From Octopus sinensis (taxonomy: Eukaryota): a DNA stretch of 64,000 bases. This document shows positions 26,700-41,348 of the stretch, piece by piece. Numbering within the stretch: position 1 is the first letter of the stretch; each line of letters begins with the position of its first letter. The DNA is taken from contig NC_043017.1 of NCBI RefSeq assembly GCF_006345805.1, positions 1,302,001 to 1,366,000 of the forward strand, given 5' to 3'. A program made the position numbers and the translations under genes. Under the pieces are notes generated by a model, which was not told where the DNA came from, searched no databases, and worked only from the letters and a program-made list of their open reading frames with translations.

Positions 26700-27110
26700 G
26701 TACGGATTTCCCTGTGAAAGAACTAACAAAAAGCTGGTACCATTACCTAGTAAAAGTAGTGGAATATGAAGCACGGAGGTTTTATAGTAGCGTCCATGTG
26801 TCAGCTTATAAGTGAGTCAGGTCACACTGCCCTGGAACAGAAGAGTGTGACCTGGATAACAATAGCAAGGATGAAGTGCATTTCAATTACTTAAGAGGAC
26901 CTGAATGCATTTATAGCCTAAAGAAAGAAATGATAGATGGCTCTGAAAAGGAATGCAGCAAGCCACTAAACGGAGGAGGAATGAAACATCGTTTGAAACA
27001 CTACGATTTCGTGAAGTGGCCCTGCAATAAGTTTTCGTCAGATGTCTATATATACTTCACAAACGAAGGCCAAACTAACTTCCGTGCAGTGGGCTCTGTT
27101 CACGTGCAGC
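26700..27110 (+). mobile_element. Possible very decayed non-LTR RT N-terminal remnant
   Basis: Segments loosely resembling K(A/S)PGPDG (RGPECI) and NYRPI (NFRAV); weak. Confidence 0.2.
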
Positions 27111-27317
27111 ATGCTCATCCAAAGCACGCAAATTGAATTGTAGGATGCTAATTAGTAAACGAAATTAGGATGCTATTTGGGATGCTAATTACGACGATAA
27201 TTATGAGCTCTAAGGTCTCGAGCTTCATGGATTGATTGTGGATGCAGACTGGATAGTTGTCTCTATTGGATTGGTCATGTAATGTAGACAAGCTCCTAAT
27301 AATATATGGCCCCAATA

Positions 27318-27528
27318 GAAAATTTGAACTCAGAACGTAGCAGCAGACGAAATAACTGTTTCTTTACTACCTACAAGGTGCTAAACACAGGGAGGACAAA
27401 CAAGGCCAGACAAATGGATTAAGTCGATTATATCGACCCCAGTGCGTAACTGGTACTTATTTGATCGACCCCGAAAGGATGAAAGGCAAAGTCGACCTAG
27501 GTGTGCTAACGCTTCTGCCAGCTCGCCG
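27318..27528 (-). mobile_element. Meta-type SINE with internal deletion and truncated second monomer
   Basis: Reverse complement nearly identical to 7245-7420 across the central domain and tail. Confidence 0.9.
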
Positions 27529-27794
27529 TGTTATGAGTTACAACTTAGTACTACGCGATTGCGAAGTCGATAGCATTAACCACACAACTAAGCAGACTCT
27601 GCTAGCCATCATAAATAATGGCTTGCCGGTCATAACAAATATATCTTCCAGCTATGGTATTAATCCGATTATGGCGTTTGAATGCATGTTTTTAGAATAA
27701 AATGGATAATTTAAACATCGACAGAGTTTTAATAAATCATTGTTTTTCTTAATGAATGTTGGCGAAAAATGTTTGCAATTTTTATACTGCTTAC

Positions 27795-27827
<33 letters not shown>

Positions 27828-29507
27828 TGTATGTATCTGTGTGTGTATGTATGTATGTGTGAATGTATGTATGTATGTACGTACGTACGTTCGTACGCAT
27901 GTATGTATTTATCTATGAGTGTACGTACATACGTACAGGTGTGTATGTATATATATATATATATATAAATGTATTCAGACGCACAATCACACACTTACAC
28001 ACATATGCACACGTTGTTTTGTGCTTATGCGTGTGTATGACTGTGCGTGCCTGTGTGTGTGACGCAAAGAGTGAGAGAGAGAGAGAGAAAGGAAGAAAGA
28101 GAGAGAAAGAGAAACAAAGAGAAAGAAAAAGAAATAGAAACAGAGAGAGAGAGAAAGAGGAAAAAAGAGATGGGTGGGAGAGCCTGTTCTTATACAGAAG
28201 CAGATTTACCAAAGATCTTTGTCTGAATCCAGCACAAAACTCGTTGCTATTTCTCCACCATGTTATTATTAAGTAACCGATTAATTAAATGGCCGCCCCA
28301 AGTTGTCCACGTCTCTCAGTTAACTATGAACACACTGATAAATCTTCCGCACTAAGATGCAAAACAAATCGCTTAGCGTTTCTCATCTCAATAAAATTAG
28401 CACTGTTAATGACAACTTTACCATAACACATAAATTATAATCGATACACCGTTATTTCTACAGACTAATATCTCTACTGTATATTTCTTTTTTATTTATA
28501 TATAAATAGTTGATGAGTGTAAACACTTTTTAATTGGCCATTCCATCACAACTAATCGTATCTTGGTTTTGATTTATAAGTCTGGAGGAGAACTTACTGA
28601 TTACGTTTATGAATTTGTTGTGCTAGATTCTTGATGTGAAACCGTGTTCTGATATTGATATATATCGGTAAGGCCACTTTTTTTTCTTTTGCCAAATAAA
28701 CACACGCACTATATATCAACTAGTTTACTACTGTTCTTATTTTATCTTTTGTCCACTGTACGTATATCTACTTGCTCAGTCTGAAAGGTGGGAGGAATAC
28801 GTCGCTGAAGGGGTCAGAGATGTGTGACGAAAGATCTCTGAATAATGGACAAAAGATATAATAAGAAAGGTAATAAAAGGGAGAAAAACGGTAAAACGTT
28901 GAAGTGAAGAACAAATATATAATGCGTGAACGGTGTCAGGTCTGCTAGTCCCTCACTAAAAAGATTAAGTGTAAGGGAGGCGAGTACAAATATATAATGC
29001 GTGTTTCTTTGACTAAAGAAAGGGGGTAGGTAATGCTAAAGCCACTCACCCCATCAAATTAGCTGTTGAATGTTACTATTAATTTAACCCCAGGCAGATT
29101 TTCCACCGGCTAGTTACCGCTGCGACTCATCACGCTTTATATACAATATGTTGAAAAAGACCACCATGGAGGTAACTTGGGTCAACTTGGCATGCGCATC
29201 TTATCCAAGCACCCAAAAGACCCATCACTCAGACATGCGCAGAAACAAACAATGTAAATAACGGGCAGAATCAAGACTATTGAAAACGATGCAAGATGCA
29301 ATGAAAATTTAGGACAATAAAAATGAGCGATAAGTGGAAATGTTACTGGTGAGTGTGTTACATTATAAGGCACAAAAAGAAAATGACTCACCCCAGACAC
29401 AACAGAATATGCTTCAACACACGAACTCATATAAAGAATCTTGCAAACCAAATCTAAAAACGAAATATATATATAGGTATGTGTGTGTGTGTAGATATAT
29501 ATAGATA

Positions 29508-29509
<2 letters not shown>

Positions 29510-29592
<83 letters not shown>
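29510..29592. repeat. (GATA)n microsatellite
   Basis: Direct reading. Confidence 0.95.
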
Positions 29593-29593
<1 letters not shown>

Positions 29594-30292
29594 GTGCGCA
29601 CGCGCGTGTATCAGATGTAAATTTCAGTACGTGTTCGTGTTCCCCACCGATGTAGGTAGGGAAAAGGAACTGTTGACTATTTTGGTTTCAGTCTGTTATG
29701 GATCTTCGTCACTTGGAAATTATTGTTCTCCCCGCTTTATATTTCTGAGTTGATATTTCCCTTTTTTAATTGTAGATTAATCAAACATGTCAGTGCTTGC
29801 CAGTATATTCTTGAAGCCTGATGAGTTGTGTGTGTGGCGTAAAGTGTCATATAAACTTATGCATATTCTGCCCTCTGATTACCTGACTGCACCATGTTTA
29901 CGTAATAAAGATTCTCAATGAATCGATCATCACAGTTCTAAATAACCCACTCATCTTTTGATATATATATGTATACGTGTGTGTTAGTGTGTGCGTGTAT
30001 GTATATGTACGCATGGATATAAGTATTTCTGCACGTATGTATGTGAGTGTGTGTGTGTGTTCGTGTGTGTTGTGTGTGTGTGTGAGTGCTGCGGAACAAC
30101 CTCCTATAATTATAGTACGGCAAACGAAATTTGACCAGTGACAATGATGTTAGCATAAAGCTAATATTTTAGGGCTTTGTCTAGCTACCATCAGGATGTG
30201 CTTCAATGCAGACTGTCCGTTTGTTCTTCGAAGCCTTATAAAGATGCAAACACATAGGAGGGTTTCGGTCGCATATTTTATATGCTGAAGTA

Positions 30293-30333
<41 letters not shown>

Positions 30334-30769
30334 TAATAAAAACATCGATAATTACAACAAAATTAACAACAAAAATCCAATATAAATTGGAAATTTATAA
30401 AAATGGAAAACTATACACAACACGTCAATATTAAAATACAGAGGCATATCAGCAACAAGCAAACAACACACAACTAAATTGGTTTTGTAAACACTGCGAT
30501 TGCTATGTATTTCATTTAAATGTTAGTATTTTATGACTAAACAAATAGCTCGAATGTATGAACCACTGAACAAACTGATGGGGGTTGACGTTGCTGTGTT
30601 GGTTACGGTTCTAGTATTTGTGGTGTTGCTTAAATGCTTCTGTCGACTGGAACTGTGGTAGTTGCAGTACCGGCAGTGGTAGTAGTAGTAGTAGTAGTAG
30701 TGGTGCTGGTGGTGCTGGTGGTGGTGTATGCGGTGGCGGTGTGGTGGTTTTGGTGGTGGTGGTGTTGAA

Positions 30770-31275
30770 GGCGCGTGGCCTTGTGGTTAGCGTTTTGGCA
30801 CACGATATTAAAGCCATGAGTTCGATTTCTGGCAGCAGCGTGTTGTGCCCTTCTGTAAGACCCTTTATATCACTTGGGGTCTACTACACTCCACCGGCAA
30901 ATATGAACAGAACTTGAAGTTTATATGGTAAAACTTGTGACATTCTGTGTCACGTTGTATCTTCTTGAGAACCATGTGAAGATTACACGTTACTTACATG
31001 TTTCCAAAGGTGACTTATCCAAAGTCCAATGAATCCCTCTCAACACATGTCTACGATGCTCCCCCACTACTTCTGCTCCTGATTAGAGATTCATGTATCG
31101 GCAACCACTAAGGGAAATGCTCAACTGGTTATGGTCAAACAACTGACAAGCAAATCTGTGGTATTGAGCAGAATATTTATTGTAGACCATCATTTGTACC
31201 AACACAAATCATTGTACATGATAGCAGTTAAGATCAGAAGTCATGAGAGCCACTGCCTGTTACTGCATCGGGGTA
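30770..31275 (+). mobile_element. CORE-type tRNA-derived SINE with long tail
   Basis: ggcgcgtggccttgtggttagcg A-box, gagttcgatttc B-box, decayed CORE (gttgtgcccttctgtaagac), tail ending ccactgcctgttactgcatcgggg. Confidence 0.65.
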
Positions 31276-31451
31276 TTCATTATTATTATTGTTGTTGTTA
31301 TTGTTAATTCTCTTGATTGTTCTGGTAGATTCTGTGAGAGAGGATAACAGCTTACTCTCAAAGAGTCGGTTTCCGCACATAATAAACTTTGATACTAGTG
31401 TTTAATTATGGTGGAAGATATTCAACATCCAAGTACCATACTATTATCATT

Positions 31452-31504
<53 letters not shown>

Positions 31505-31530
31505 CATCATCATTATTATTATTATCGAAA

Positions 31531-31735
31531 GCGGTGAGCTGGCAGAATCGTTAGCACGCCGGCCAGAATAATTAGCGTCCGTCTTCCGTTTTAAGTTCAA
31601 ATTCCACCGAGGTCGAGTTCGCCTTTTATCCTTTTGGGGGTCGATAAAATTAGCACCAGCTGAGAACTGGTGTCGGTATAATCAACTTATTCCTTCCCCC
31701 GAACTCGCTGGCTTTGTGCCAAATCTAGAAACCAA
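31531..31735 (+). mobile_element. Meta-type SINE
   Basis: GCGGTGAGCTGGCAGAATCGTTAGCACGCCGG head; GAGGTCGAG..CCTTTTATCC..GGGTCGATAAAAT. Confidence 0.88.
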
Positions 31736-32164
31736 AACTATCGCTCACAACGATCATTTGGACACAACATGTATCGATCCCTCGCTCGTGAAAATCTATA
31801 CAAATACTTCTGGTGCATCCTGCAAATGGAGGCAATGAAAGAAACTCAGAGATCGAAGTTCGCCATGAACGCTAATGTCACTAGCCGTCGCCCGAATGAC
31901 AACAATGATACTAATGATTTCACCTGACGAAAACCTTCGGCACCGAGTGATGCGCCACGACTAGTTGTTTAGCTCCCCAGCGGCACGTAGTCTATGCAAG
32001 ATATGTCGAAACGATTGCTGTGAGCAATAAAGTTTCATGCATATTCCATCTCTTCCGTCTCCATCATTTGTATCATACTCAACGTACACAGGGGGGGGGG
32101 AATCCACAATAATTACACAATAGAAATGTTTCATTGTTGTAATACTAGGAACACAGCCAACACG

Positions 32165-32204
<40 letters not shown>

Positions 32205-32212
32205 GTGTGTGG

Positions 32213-32252
<40 letters not shown>

Positions 32253-32477
32253 TATGGCGCACTTACTGATGAGAATTTCGTCAGGCAAATTATTTTATTT
32301 GCTAAAAATATTCGAAACCTAGGTATAACCGTAAAATATAACAAGGTAAAAGATTTTATGTTTCATTCCCTTCGAAAATTGGTCTTAATGTAGTTTTGGT
32401 CGTTTTGGCTGCTTCTTCTAGCGGGTAAAATTACCTGTTATAGGTAGTTTCTCTTGTGTTTAAATGTACATTATATA

Positions 32478-32539
<62 letters not shown>

Positions 32540-32554
<15 letters not shown>

Positions 32555-32790
32555 TAATCCAAACAGAAAACAAAAACACAACAACGCAAGGATGTGGAAC
32601 AAATAAAGAATTATTGGACGCTCAGGAAAGAGGGGAAGAAGGAGGGTCTGACGCTTCGAGCGGAGCTCTTCGTTGAAACATGGGAGAAGGAAAGATCCCG
32701 AGACGGGAGGACAGGGGAAAAAAAATTGCCGGTGGTATTCACGAGGTCACATACTAAAAGACGGAAGTGGTAAAAATGGAGGATATATAT
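32540..32790 (-). mobile_element. Short dispersed repeat with degenerate hammerhead-like motif (family B)
   Basis: Minus strand CAACGA-A-GAGC-TCC-GCTC-GAAGCGTC at ~32644-32682, followed by the TTCCTGAGCGTC motif shared with family A. Confidence 0.55.
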
Positions 32791-34099
32791 ATATATATAA
32801 TGATAATGGAGAGTTTGAACACAATGCAATCTTTATTGCAAAATAGGAATATAGGTAAGAAACTGACACCACGTATCTAGTCGATATGAAATTAACCATG
32901 TTATAAATAGATTTGTTTTCTCTGTTCAAACTATCCATTTTCGTTATATATGATATTATTAAAATTTTGTTCTGTATCGAATTGATAAAAATATCTAAAA
33001 TGACTACTGGAAGCTTATAAGCGTTATCACTAATACAAACACAAATTAATGGATCCCATGCATATTAATCCATATGGAGCTAAACCGGTGTGCGCCTGGA
33101 TAAAATACATCCTTGTGTAAGATCAACCTACTTTCATTCGAAACATCATAATCACACACAAATGTATATATATATGTATTAATGTATGTATATATACGAT
33201 GAGCCGCCTGTACTTTCTGTCTACGAAATCCGGAGGTATAGCAGAAAAACTGTCTCAATGTGCCACTCTTTGAGGTGAATCTGCGACCGTGATAGGTTAA
33301 TAGGTATATAGAAAGGAAAAAAATAATAGTAAGATGCAGAAATAGATATACAAATATACATATATGAAATATCCTAGGTTCCCTGTACGTGAAGAATATT
33401 ATAAAAGAAAGCAATTAACAATTTTGAAGGCATAAACAAATTTAAATTCTCCATAAACGGCAGCAAATTCTCTTTGTGACGATACCAAGCCTATTCAGTT
33501 TATTTCATTAGCGCCAAAACAATTGCCGTGTAAAATATGAGAAGTATTTCTGCTTCAGTCTCTGTATTGCGATTAGTATCTGTTGATATTTCAAGAAAAC
33601 ATGGATTTGCATTAATTAATCAATTCCTGTTTACGAAAAACCGATCATTTGATGTTTCAAGAAGATGGCATTGATCACTTACACGACTTCATATCGAATG
33701 TTTCTATATTTCAACTGTCGCTACTTCAAAATTCTTTCAAATATTATCGATCACGTTTTATTATTAATTTCCTATCAAGACTAACTACTTTGTGCTCCAG
33801 TTTACACAAAGTATTGCGCTTTTATTTAAATGTTTTTTTATTATATGATGGTTGGTTGTGTGTATACGTGCGATAGTATATATATGTGTGTGTGTGTGTT
33901 TTCGTGTATTTGGAGTTGGTAGGATGGTCGGAGCTCTCTGTCGATCGATTATGTGTTCGATTCATACTTGTTAATTGTTTTTAATAAATTAAGTCAACAG
34001 TAACACTTCACAACTGCTGGCATCGCCGCATGTTCTACACTTCCAATTTTACTGAGCGTACATTCTTACGAACGTATCAATATGCACACGTGAACACAC

Positions 34100-34112
34100 A
34101 CAGGGACTAACA

Positions 34113-34169
<57 letters not shown>

Positions 34170-34202
34170 GTGTGTGTGTGTGTGTAGTTATATATATATA
34201 TG

Positions 34203-34251
<49 letters not shown>

Positions 34252-34284
34252 GTGTGTGTGTGTGTAGTTATATATATGCATATG

Positions 34285-34331
<47 letters not shown>

Positions 34332-34364
34332 GTGTGTGTGTGTGTAGTTATATATATGCATATG

Positions 34365-34429
<65 letters not shown>

Positions 34430-34854
34430 AGTTATATATATGTATATGTATATATATATCATATATATATATATAATATATATATATTATATATATTATA
34501 TATGTGTGTGTGTGTGTGTAGTTATATATGTATATGTATATTATATAATATATATATATTATATATAATATATATTATATTTATTTATATATGTGTGTGT
34601 GTGTGTGTGTAGTCATATATATGTAGTGTATATATATATATATATAATATATCTTATATATGTGTGTGTGTGTGTAGTATATATATGTATATGTATATAT
34701 ATATACTATATAATATATATTATATAATATATATATATATATATAATATGTGTGTGTTGTGTGTGGTGTTAGTTATATATATGTATATGTATATATATAC
34801 AATATATATATATAATATTTATATTGTGTGTGTGTGTGTATATATATGTACATG

Positions 34855-34885
<31 letters not shown>

Positions 34886-35179
34886 TTATATATGTGGTGT
34901 GTGTAGTTATATATATTACATGTATATATATATACATATATAATATTATATATTTATATTGTGTGTGTGTGTAGTTATATATATGTACATGTATATAATT
35001 TACATATATATTATAAATTTATATATGTGTGTGGTGTGTGTAGTTATATATATGTATATGTATATATATATACATATATATATATATTTATATATATGTG
35101 TGTGTGTGTGTGTTGTGTAGTTATATATATGTATATGTATATACATATATTCATACATGCGTATATATAGGTAATAGAT

Positions 35180-35212
<33 letters not shown>

Positions 35213-35229
35213 GCATATACATATGCATA

Positions 35230-35292
<63 letters not shown>

Positions 35293-35316
35293 TTATATAT
35301 GCATTACATATGCATA

Positions 35317-35375
<59 letters not shown>

Positions 35376-35398
35376 TTATATATGCATATACATATGCA

Positions 35399-35445
<47 letters not shown>

Positions 35446-35487
35446 AATATATATATTTATATATGCATATACATATGCATATATATG

Positions 35488-35532
<45 letters not shown>

Positions 35533-35562
35533 TATATATGCATATACATATGCATATATATG

Positions 35563-35593
<31 letters not shown>

Positions 35594-35653
35594 GTATATA
35601 TATATATATGCATATATATATGCATATAATGCTATAATATAATATATATATAT

Positions 35654-35697
<44 letters not shown>

Positions 35698-35750
35698 GCA
35701 TATATGTATATGTATGTATATATGTATGTATGTATGTATGTATAGATGTA
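34100..35750. repeat. Two adjacent compound satellites: (TA)n-(GT)n-AGT, then (TA)n-TGCATATACATATGCA
   Basis: Direct reading; unit switch near 35180. Confidence 0.93.
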
Positions 35751-35811
35751 TGTATAATTATATTTACAAGTGTATGACGATAATCATTTTATTTTCTGTT
35801 TAACGTTTCAC

Positions 35812-35845
35812 CTGACATTTTACTCCGGCTTCCTGTCGCTGCCAT
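35812..35845 (-). other. Candidate first coding exon
   Basis: Minus strand ggaATGG context, MAATGSRSKMS, then CAG|gtgaaa donor, in a locally GC-richer patch. Signal match only. Confidence 0.15.
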
Positions 35846-36497
35846 TCCTGTTCCCACTGCTGTTGTCAATATTGAATTTGGATTAAATTTAATAGAAGCA
35901 ATGTGATGGTTCAACAAATATATTTATTAAATTCTTAAAAGCCACACTCGCTAGAACATGAAAACAGACTCCATCGACATTGGAGTTCGTTTGTTCAATT
36001 GCACGAGGGTTTCGCTTATTTTATGATTTTTTTTCTTTTTGCGTAGACGTATATAAGCGTGCTCAACTGTGTGTAGCTGTCGTTGTAGGGCAGGATGTGT
36101 GTATGTGTGTGTGTGTGTGTGTGTCCGTTAGTATGTAATTGTGTATGACACACTGTGTAGGTGTGTGTGCGTTTTGGAGTTGTCATGTGTGAATATGTTG
36201 GATATAGCGTGAAGATCGAAGCGAATAATCTGTATGAGAATATGCATGATTACGTACGTACCTATGTATGTATATACGCCTGTATATATATACATGCGTG
36301 TGTGTGTGTGTGTGTATGTGTATGTGTGGTTACGTGTGTATGTATATGTGTAACTATCTATCTGTCTAGCTGCGTATCCCACTCTATCTCTTTCTTTGTC
36401 TGTGTATACACACATATATGTACATATATACATGCATACATACATAAATGCATACAGAGAAACACAGATACACGCACACACACGCACACACATTCAT

Positions 36498-36577
<80 letters not shown>

Positions 36578-38845
36578 TATATAAGTCTACACATGTATAT
36601 CGATTGACAGATTGGTAGATAATGTACATGACATCCTTTTTTTTAATGTATACAATGTTTGAATGTTGATTGATGCAATGTCCTTAGAAAGCAATCAACT
36701 GACCCTAATTCCACTGACAAAGCAGCAGTATTTTTGGTTTTAGTTTTGCAAGTGATGGTTATCCTGTCCAAAATGCTTTTTGTCTTTGCTTTAACCAAGA
36801 GGGTAAATCTAACTAGGAGACTTGTTAGATTGATGGGAAGATGGGATGATGTTCACTTCATTACGGATACCTGACCTAATTATGCGCAACCAGTGTAGAG
36901 CCCGTTGAAGCTAACCAGGGAACCAGGTGGGCTTCGTAAGCCAGACGACGTATTAACTCTATCTCCAACTGCAAAATTATATCTGCTGTGAAAAGGAAGC
37001 CACTAGTTATGTAAGCATTACAAATGTTTTCACTTGGTATTTGGGCGTATTATCCAACAACACCATCTTTAATTTCATCACTTGTCGCCACGTTTGTGTC
37101 CACCACACACTCTATCCCTTAGGTTACTCCATTAAACTAAATGTTAATTGGTTTGAGAACTAGTAAACGTGCAGAGTATTCAATCTAACACCTTCACACA
37201 ATCCAGTTATTAGACACAGCTTTTTTTCTTCAATACAAACTCTCTCATTTCGATGTTCATGGGGAAAGAAAAATACCTATTCTTCGTGCCCCAAAATTTC
37301 TTCATTGAAGAGTAAATCCAATTCAAAAATCATCCTCACAATTTCGCGAACAAAGAAATGAATATATAAATAAATGAATAAAACCAGTTCTAGAAACAAT
37401 GTTGCCAAAACAGGTTCGTTCTAATAAGCTGGCAATCTCCATCAAACTGCAATTCCTGGATAATTTCACATTGCGTACCTCCAAATCATACAACTTCTCA
37501 GATGCAAACAAGGCTATTGATTGAGGTGTTCAGATTAACTACAGCAGTATCGCTTCAAAAAATATTTGTAAAAATGGTTAATTTGCTTAAGAAAGCATTC
37601 CCGTATAATATTCGATAAAATATTCGGCGTTGGCTTCAAATCATTTTCGAATACAACTTCTCCAACGGACGTGCGTCAAAACGCGACGAGGGCGCGACAT
37701 TGATATACATATCACCTCACCGCTTACCGAACAGTTTTCCTTGAAGTTGGTAGTTCCTCGTAAGGTAATCGTAAGTTCTAGGTACTGAAACAATAATTGT
37801 GGAATATATTAGAGTGGACATTCTACTTCAATTAAAATCAGTAACTCGAGCGATGGATATTCACGTTGGTGATTCAAGTTGAGATTCCTTCCTAAGAAGT
37901 CGTTTTCCCTACGGCGTCGTTTTCCAATTTTCAGTACAACTTTAGAATAGAATTAAATTCCTTAAATTTCAAGTGGGAAATGGTTTTAAACGCAAAAAGT
38001 AATGCTTTAGAAAAATGTATTTTCGTTTTGATATTAGGTATTTGGGGTCATATTTGCTGTCACAATTACATAGGGGGGACGAAAAATATGGGAATGCTTT
38101 CATTTACTACAGAATCTATGTAGAAGCAGCTGCAGTTTTGTGCCACGCTCGTTCACATTTGCGCTATTTCTATTAAGACTGATATGTTCTCCCACCACCA
38201 CACGTACACTCACACACGCACACACACACACACACATACACACACACACACACACACATACGTATGTAGAGATATGGGTGTGTGTTGGGAGCGTTTATGC
38301 AACAATTCCTGTGTGTGTAAGAAAGACAGACATAGCTTTAAATGTAGCTAAGGTCACATTAGCTTGTGTTAATGTTACACATCAAAATGCAGGTATTTTA
38401 CCATTATTTATTCTTCAGCATGGCTCCCGACTCGTTCCACCTCCCGTCGTCGTGTTATACGGGGGTATTGGAGCATGACAAAGGAAGCGCTCGTAAAATC
38501 CTCAGTTTCCATCGTTTACAGCTTAAAGTACACATGCAGTGGTTTGTTGCAATTTCATCCAGTGAGCGACTCAATTCTGTTTGGTTTAATGTTTACAGTT
38601 TTGTGTTTACGTATAAACTCAATGAAACTTTTCATGGTGAACCACAATTTCGCCATTGCTACGTTAACTCCACAGCATTCCCTGAATCGCTCACTGTTAT
38701 ATTTACTCTTTCGGTTAAACTTGCTTTTATTCCCGTTCGTGTTTATTTTATATTCAGCTCCATTGCATAACGTTCCTATAATTTAACGCTTCTGCTTCAA
38801 TCACTCACTCACTCTCCGCTCTCTCGCACTCTGTCTTTCTCGCTC

Positions 38846-38895
<50 letters not shown>

Positions 38896-41302
38896 TCTTC
38901 TTTCTATCACTCAGCTAGAAAATCGAATATTTAAACGCCCATACACTAACAAAGAAAACTACGCGCATGATTGTAAATGTATATATATATATACATGTGG
39001 GGTGTATGGTGGCTGTCTGTATGTCTGTATATCTACGTGTGTATATAAATTATATAAATAGACTGATAACAAGATAGATTCACAGACAGTAAGATAAGTG
39101 AATGTATAGATAGGCAGATACATGGGTAGAGAGACAGAGAGACAGAGAGGGATTGATAGATAGAATACTAAACATAGATAATATAAAAGATATAACTGAA
39201 ATTTGATTCTTATCCATATTTTTGCCATTATCGAAATTCCAGTGAGGGAAACCAATGACTTCTTTTACAGAAAGGTTTTAAGGCCAAAAAATAAATCATG
39301 TATTTCGATACAAGCGTACACACACACACACATGTATAATCAAAATAAGCAACAGGATATGAAGTAGTAATGCAGAACGACCGTTTCAAGCGATCCATTT
39401 AATTGAACAGTGTAGTCATTGCATCAATTTAAATGCAGTGCTATATTCAGCTGCAGAAATAAATATATGGAATTTTAACAAATAGAATGCATATATATCC
39501 TGGATGCGGGTTAGCTTTTTATCATAATTTCATTCAAACTTAGAGTTGGAACGGGATTAAACATCAGGAACACCAATTTGGACACATATGCTCAAATATA
39601 TGAAACAATAGATGTAGACAGATCTAACAAAGGCCTTCGTGAGATTTAACTAGCTTGATTCGAGCCAGCCAGGACTCATCTACTAAGTCGGTCACTTGCT
39701 GTTTTCGAAACTGTAGCCAAATCTTTTTGAAAGTACAGACTATCAACTCTTTTTGTTTCTTTGAAAGGAAACCCTCATAAGATAATGTAAGATCCTGGTT
39801 GAACTCTGGCGGAATACTTTTGATGGGAATCTCATGGGTGGATCACCTTTGATCACATGTCTACTCAATCAAAACACAACGTTCTTCTTATATAGTCTGC
39901 ATTATTAAGAGAATCTGCTCAAACCCGTACCTTCATCATATGTAAAGTACATATACTCCACTCACTTTCCACACACGTTCTGCGCTCGTATACGTATAAA
40001 TAGATTAACCTATATACACCCACAAACATATAGAGACACACAGATGCATTCTCATACACTCCAACTGGGCTACAATGATAATAAAGCCAACATACTCTCA
40101 CAGACATAACGATATACATTCATATGTCCATATATACACACGTAGCGGTGGTTGCTAGAAAAACCAAACATAGATTTTTGCTAAAACATTTATTATATAC
40201 GATAACTGATGTCTATAACATGTAGTATGAACTGACAATCTTGTCATTTATTGATCTCTGAATGTCAGGGTCTCGGTCATTGATGACATATTGATCAATA
40301 AAATTTGATTATCTCCACAGAGACCCAATATCAACTTTACTATTATCGCGATCAATCTAGATTTCACGTGATTTGTACACGATTCATCTCCTATCTGTCA
40401 ACGAGGATTATTGAACAGTGTATCAGCTCTGCCGGTTACAGAGGCTTAGGTCTTGTAGTTATGACAGTGAAAGGGGTTGAATATTACATATAGCTCAAAG
40501 TAAATATATGAAGAAAAACGAAAATGCTTTGAATAGAGTCTGAGATATTCCTTAAAATAGAGTGCTGGAACCAATGAAGTAATGCGTTCGTTTACATGCA
40601 GCAGAAGAAAGGAAATACCGTAATTTACTCGGCTAATATACAGATTTTTTATTAAGCCACGCAGGACCGAACACAGACGGGACGATGCAGTGTAGAATTT
40701 TTCTTTTCTACACCGCCCAATAGGAACGTGTACACAGAGATAAAAAAGGCAACGTTTTAACAACAGAAATTCTGCAAAGGGGGAGAAAATATAACACTAA
40801 CTTGGGTAGCCGTGGAAAGAAAAACCTACTAAAGAAGAAAAACTGTAACCTTGGAAAAAACGATGTGAGCAAAACGCCCTTTCTATTTATATATATATAT
40901 AGAGAGAGAGAGAGAGGGAGAGAGAGAGAGAGAGAGAGGGGGGGGAGAGAGAGGAATAATTTATTATTTTAAAATTATGTCTCACACGTCTTCAGTCTCC
41001 ATCGAACTATATCGCCCAATTTGCACGTGAATATTGTCTTGTTTTTACAAGTAAATATTACGGCATTTAACACCAACGTAAGAGTTTGAATGTATTTTCA
41101 CAACGAATTAAAGATAAAGATTCGTTGGACAATGAACTAACATGAATCGCAAGTTGCTTCTGCTTCTATTTGGAGCCAAAGAAGAGAAACGTTTTTATGG
41201 TCATTTGCTAGAAATATCAACCATATGACAAGACGACGCCTGAAAGATGAAATAAATTGATTATGCAGTCTTTGATAGCAGTGTTTCTTCACTTGCCTAC
41301 AG

Positions 41303-41348
41303 TCACCATCTCCTTCAAGGAAACGAAAGGGCACCGTTGTAATATACG
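41303..41348 (+). other. Candidate 46-nt internal exon
   Basis: Strong acceptor tttcttcacttgcctacag and donor ACG|gtgagg; frames SPSPSRKRKGTVVIY or TISFKETKGHRCNI are open. Confidence 0.3.

Noticed and set aside
32266-32284. CTGATGA-GAATT-TCGTCAG mini-hairpin made of two opposed core-like heptamers
   Set aside because: No GAAA or other helices; short enough to be chance.
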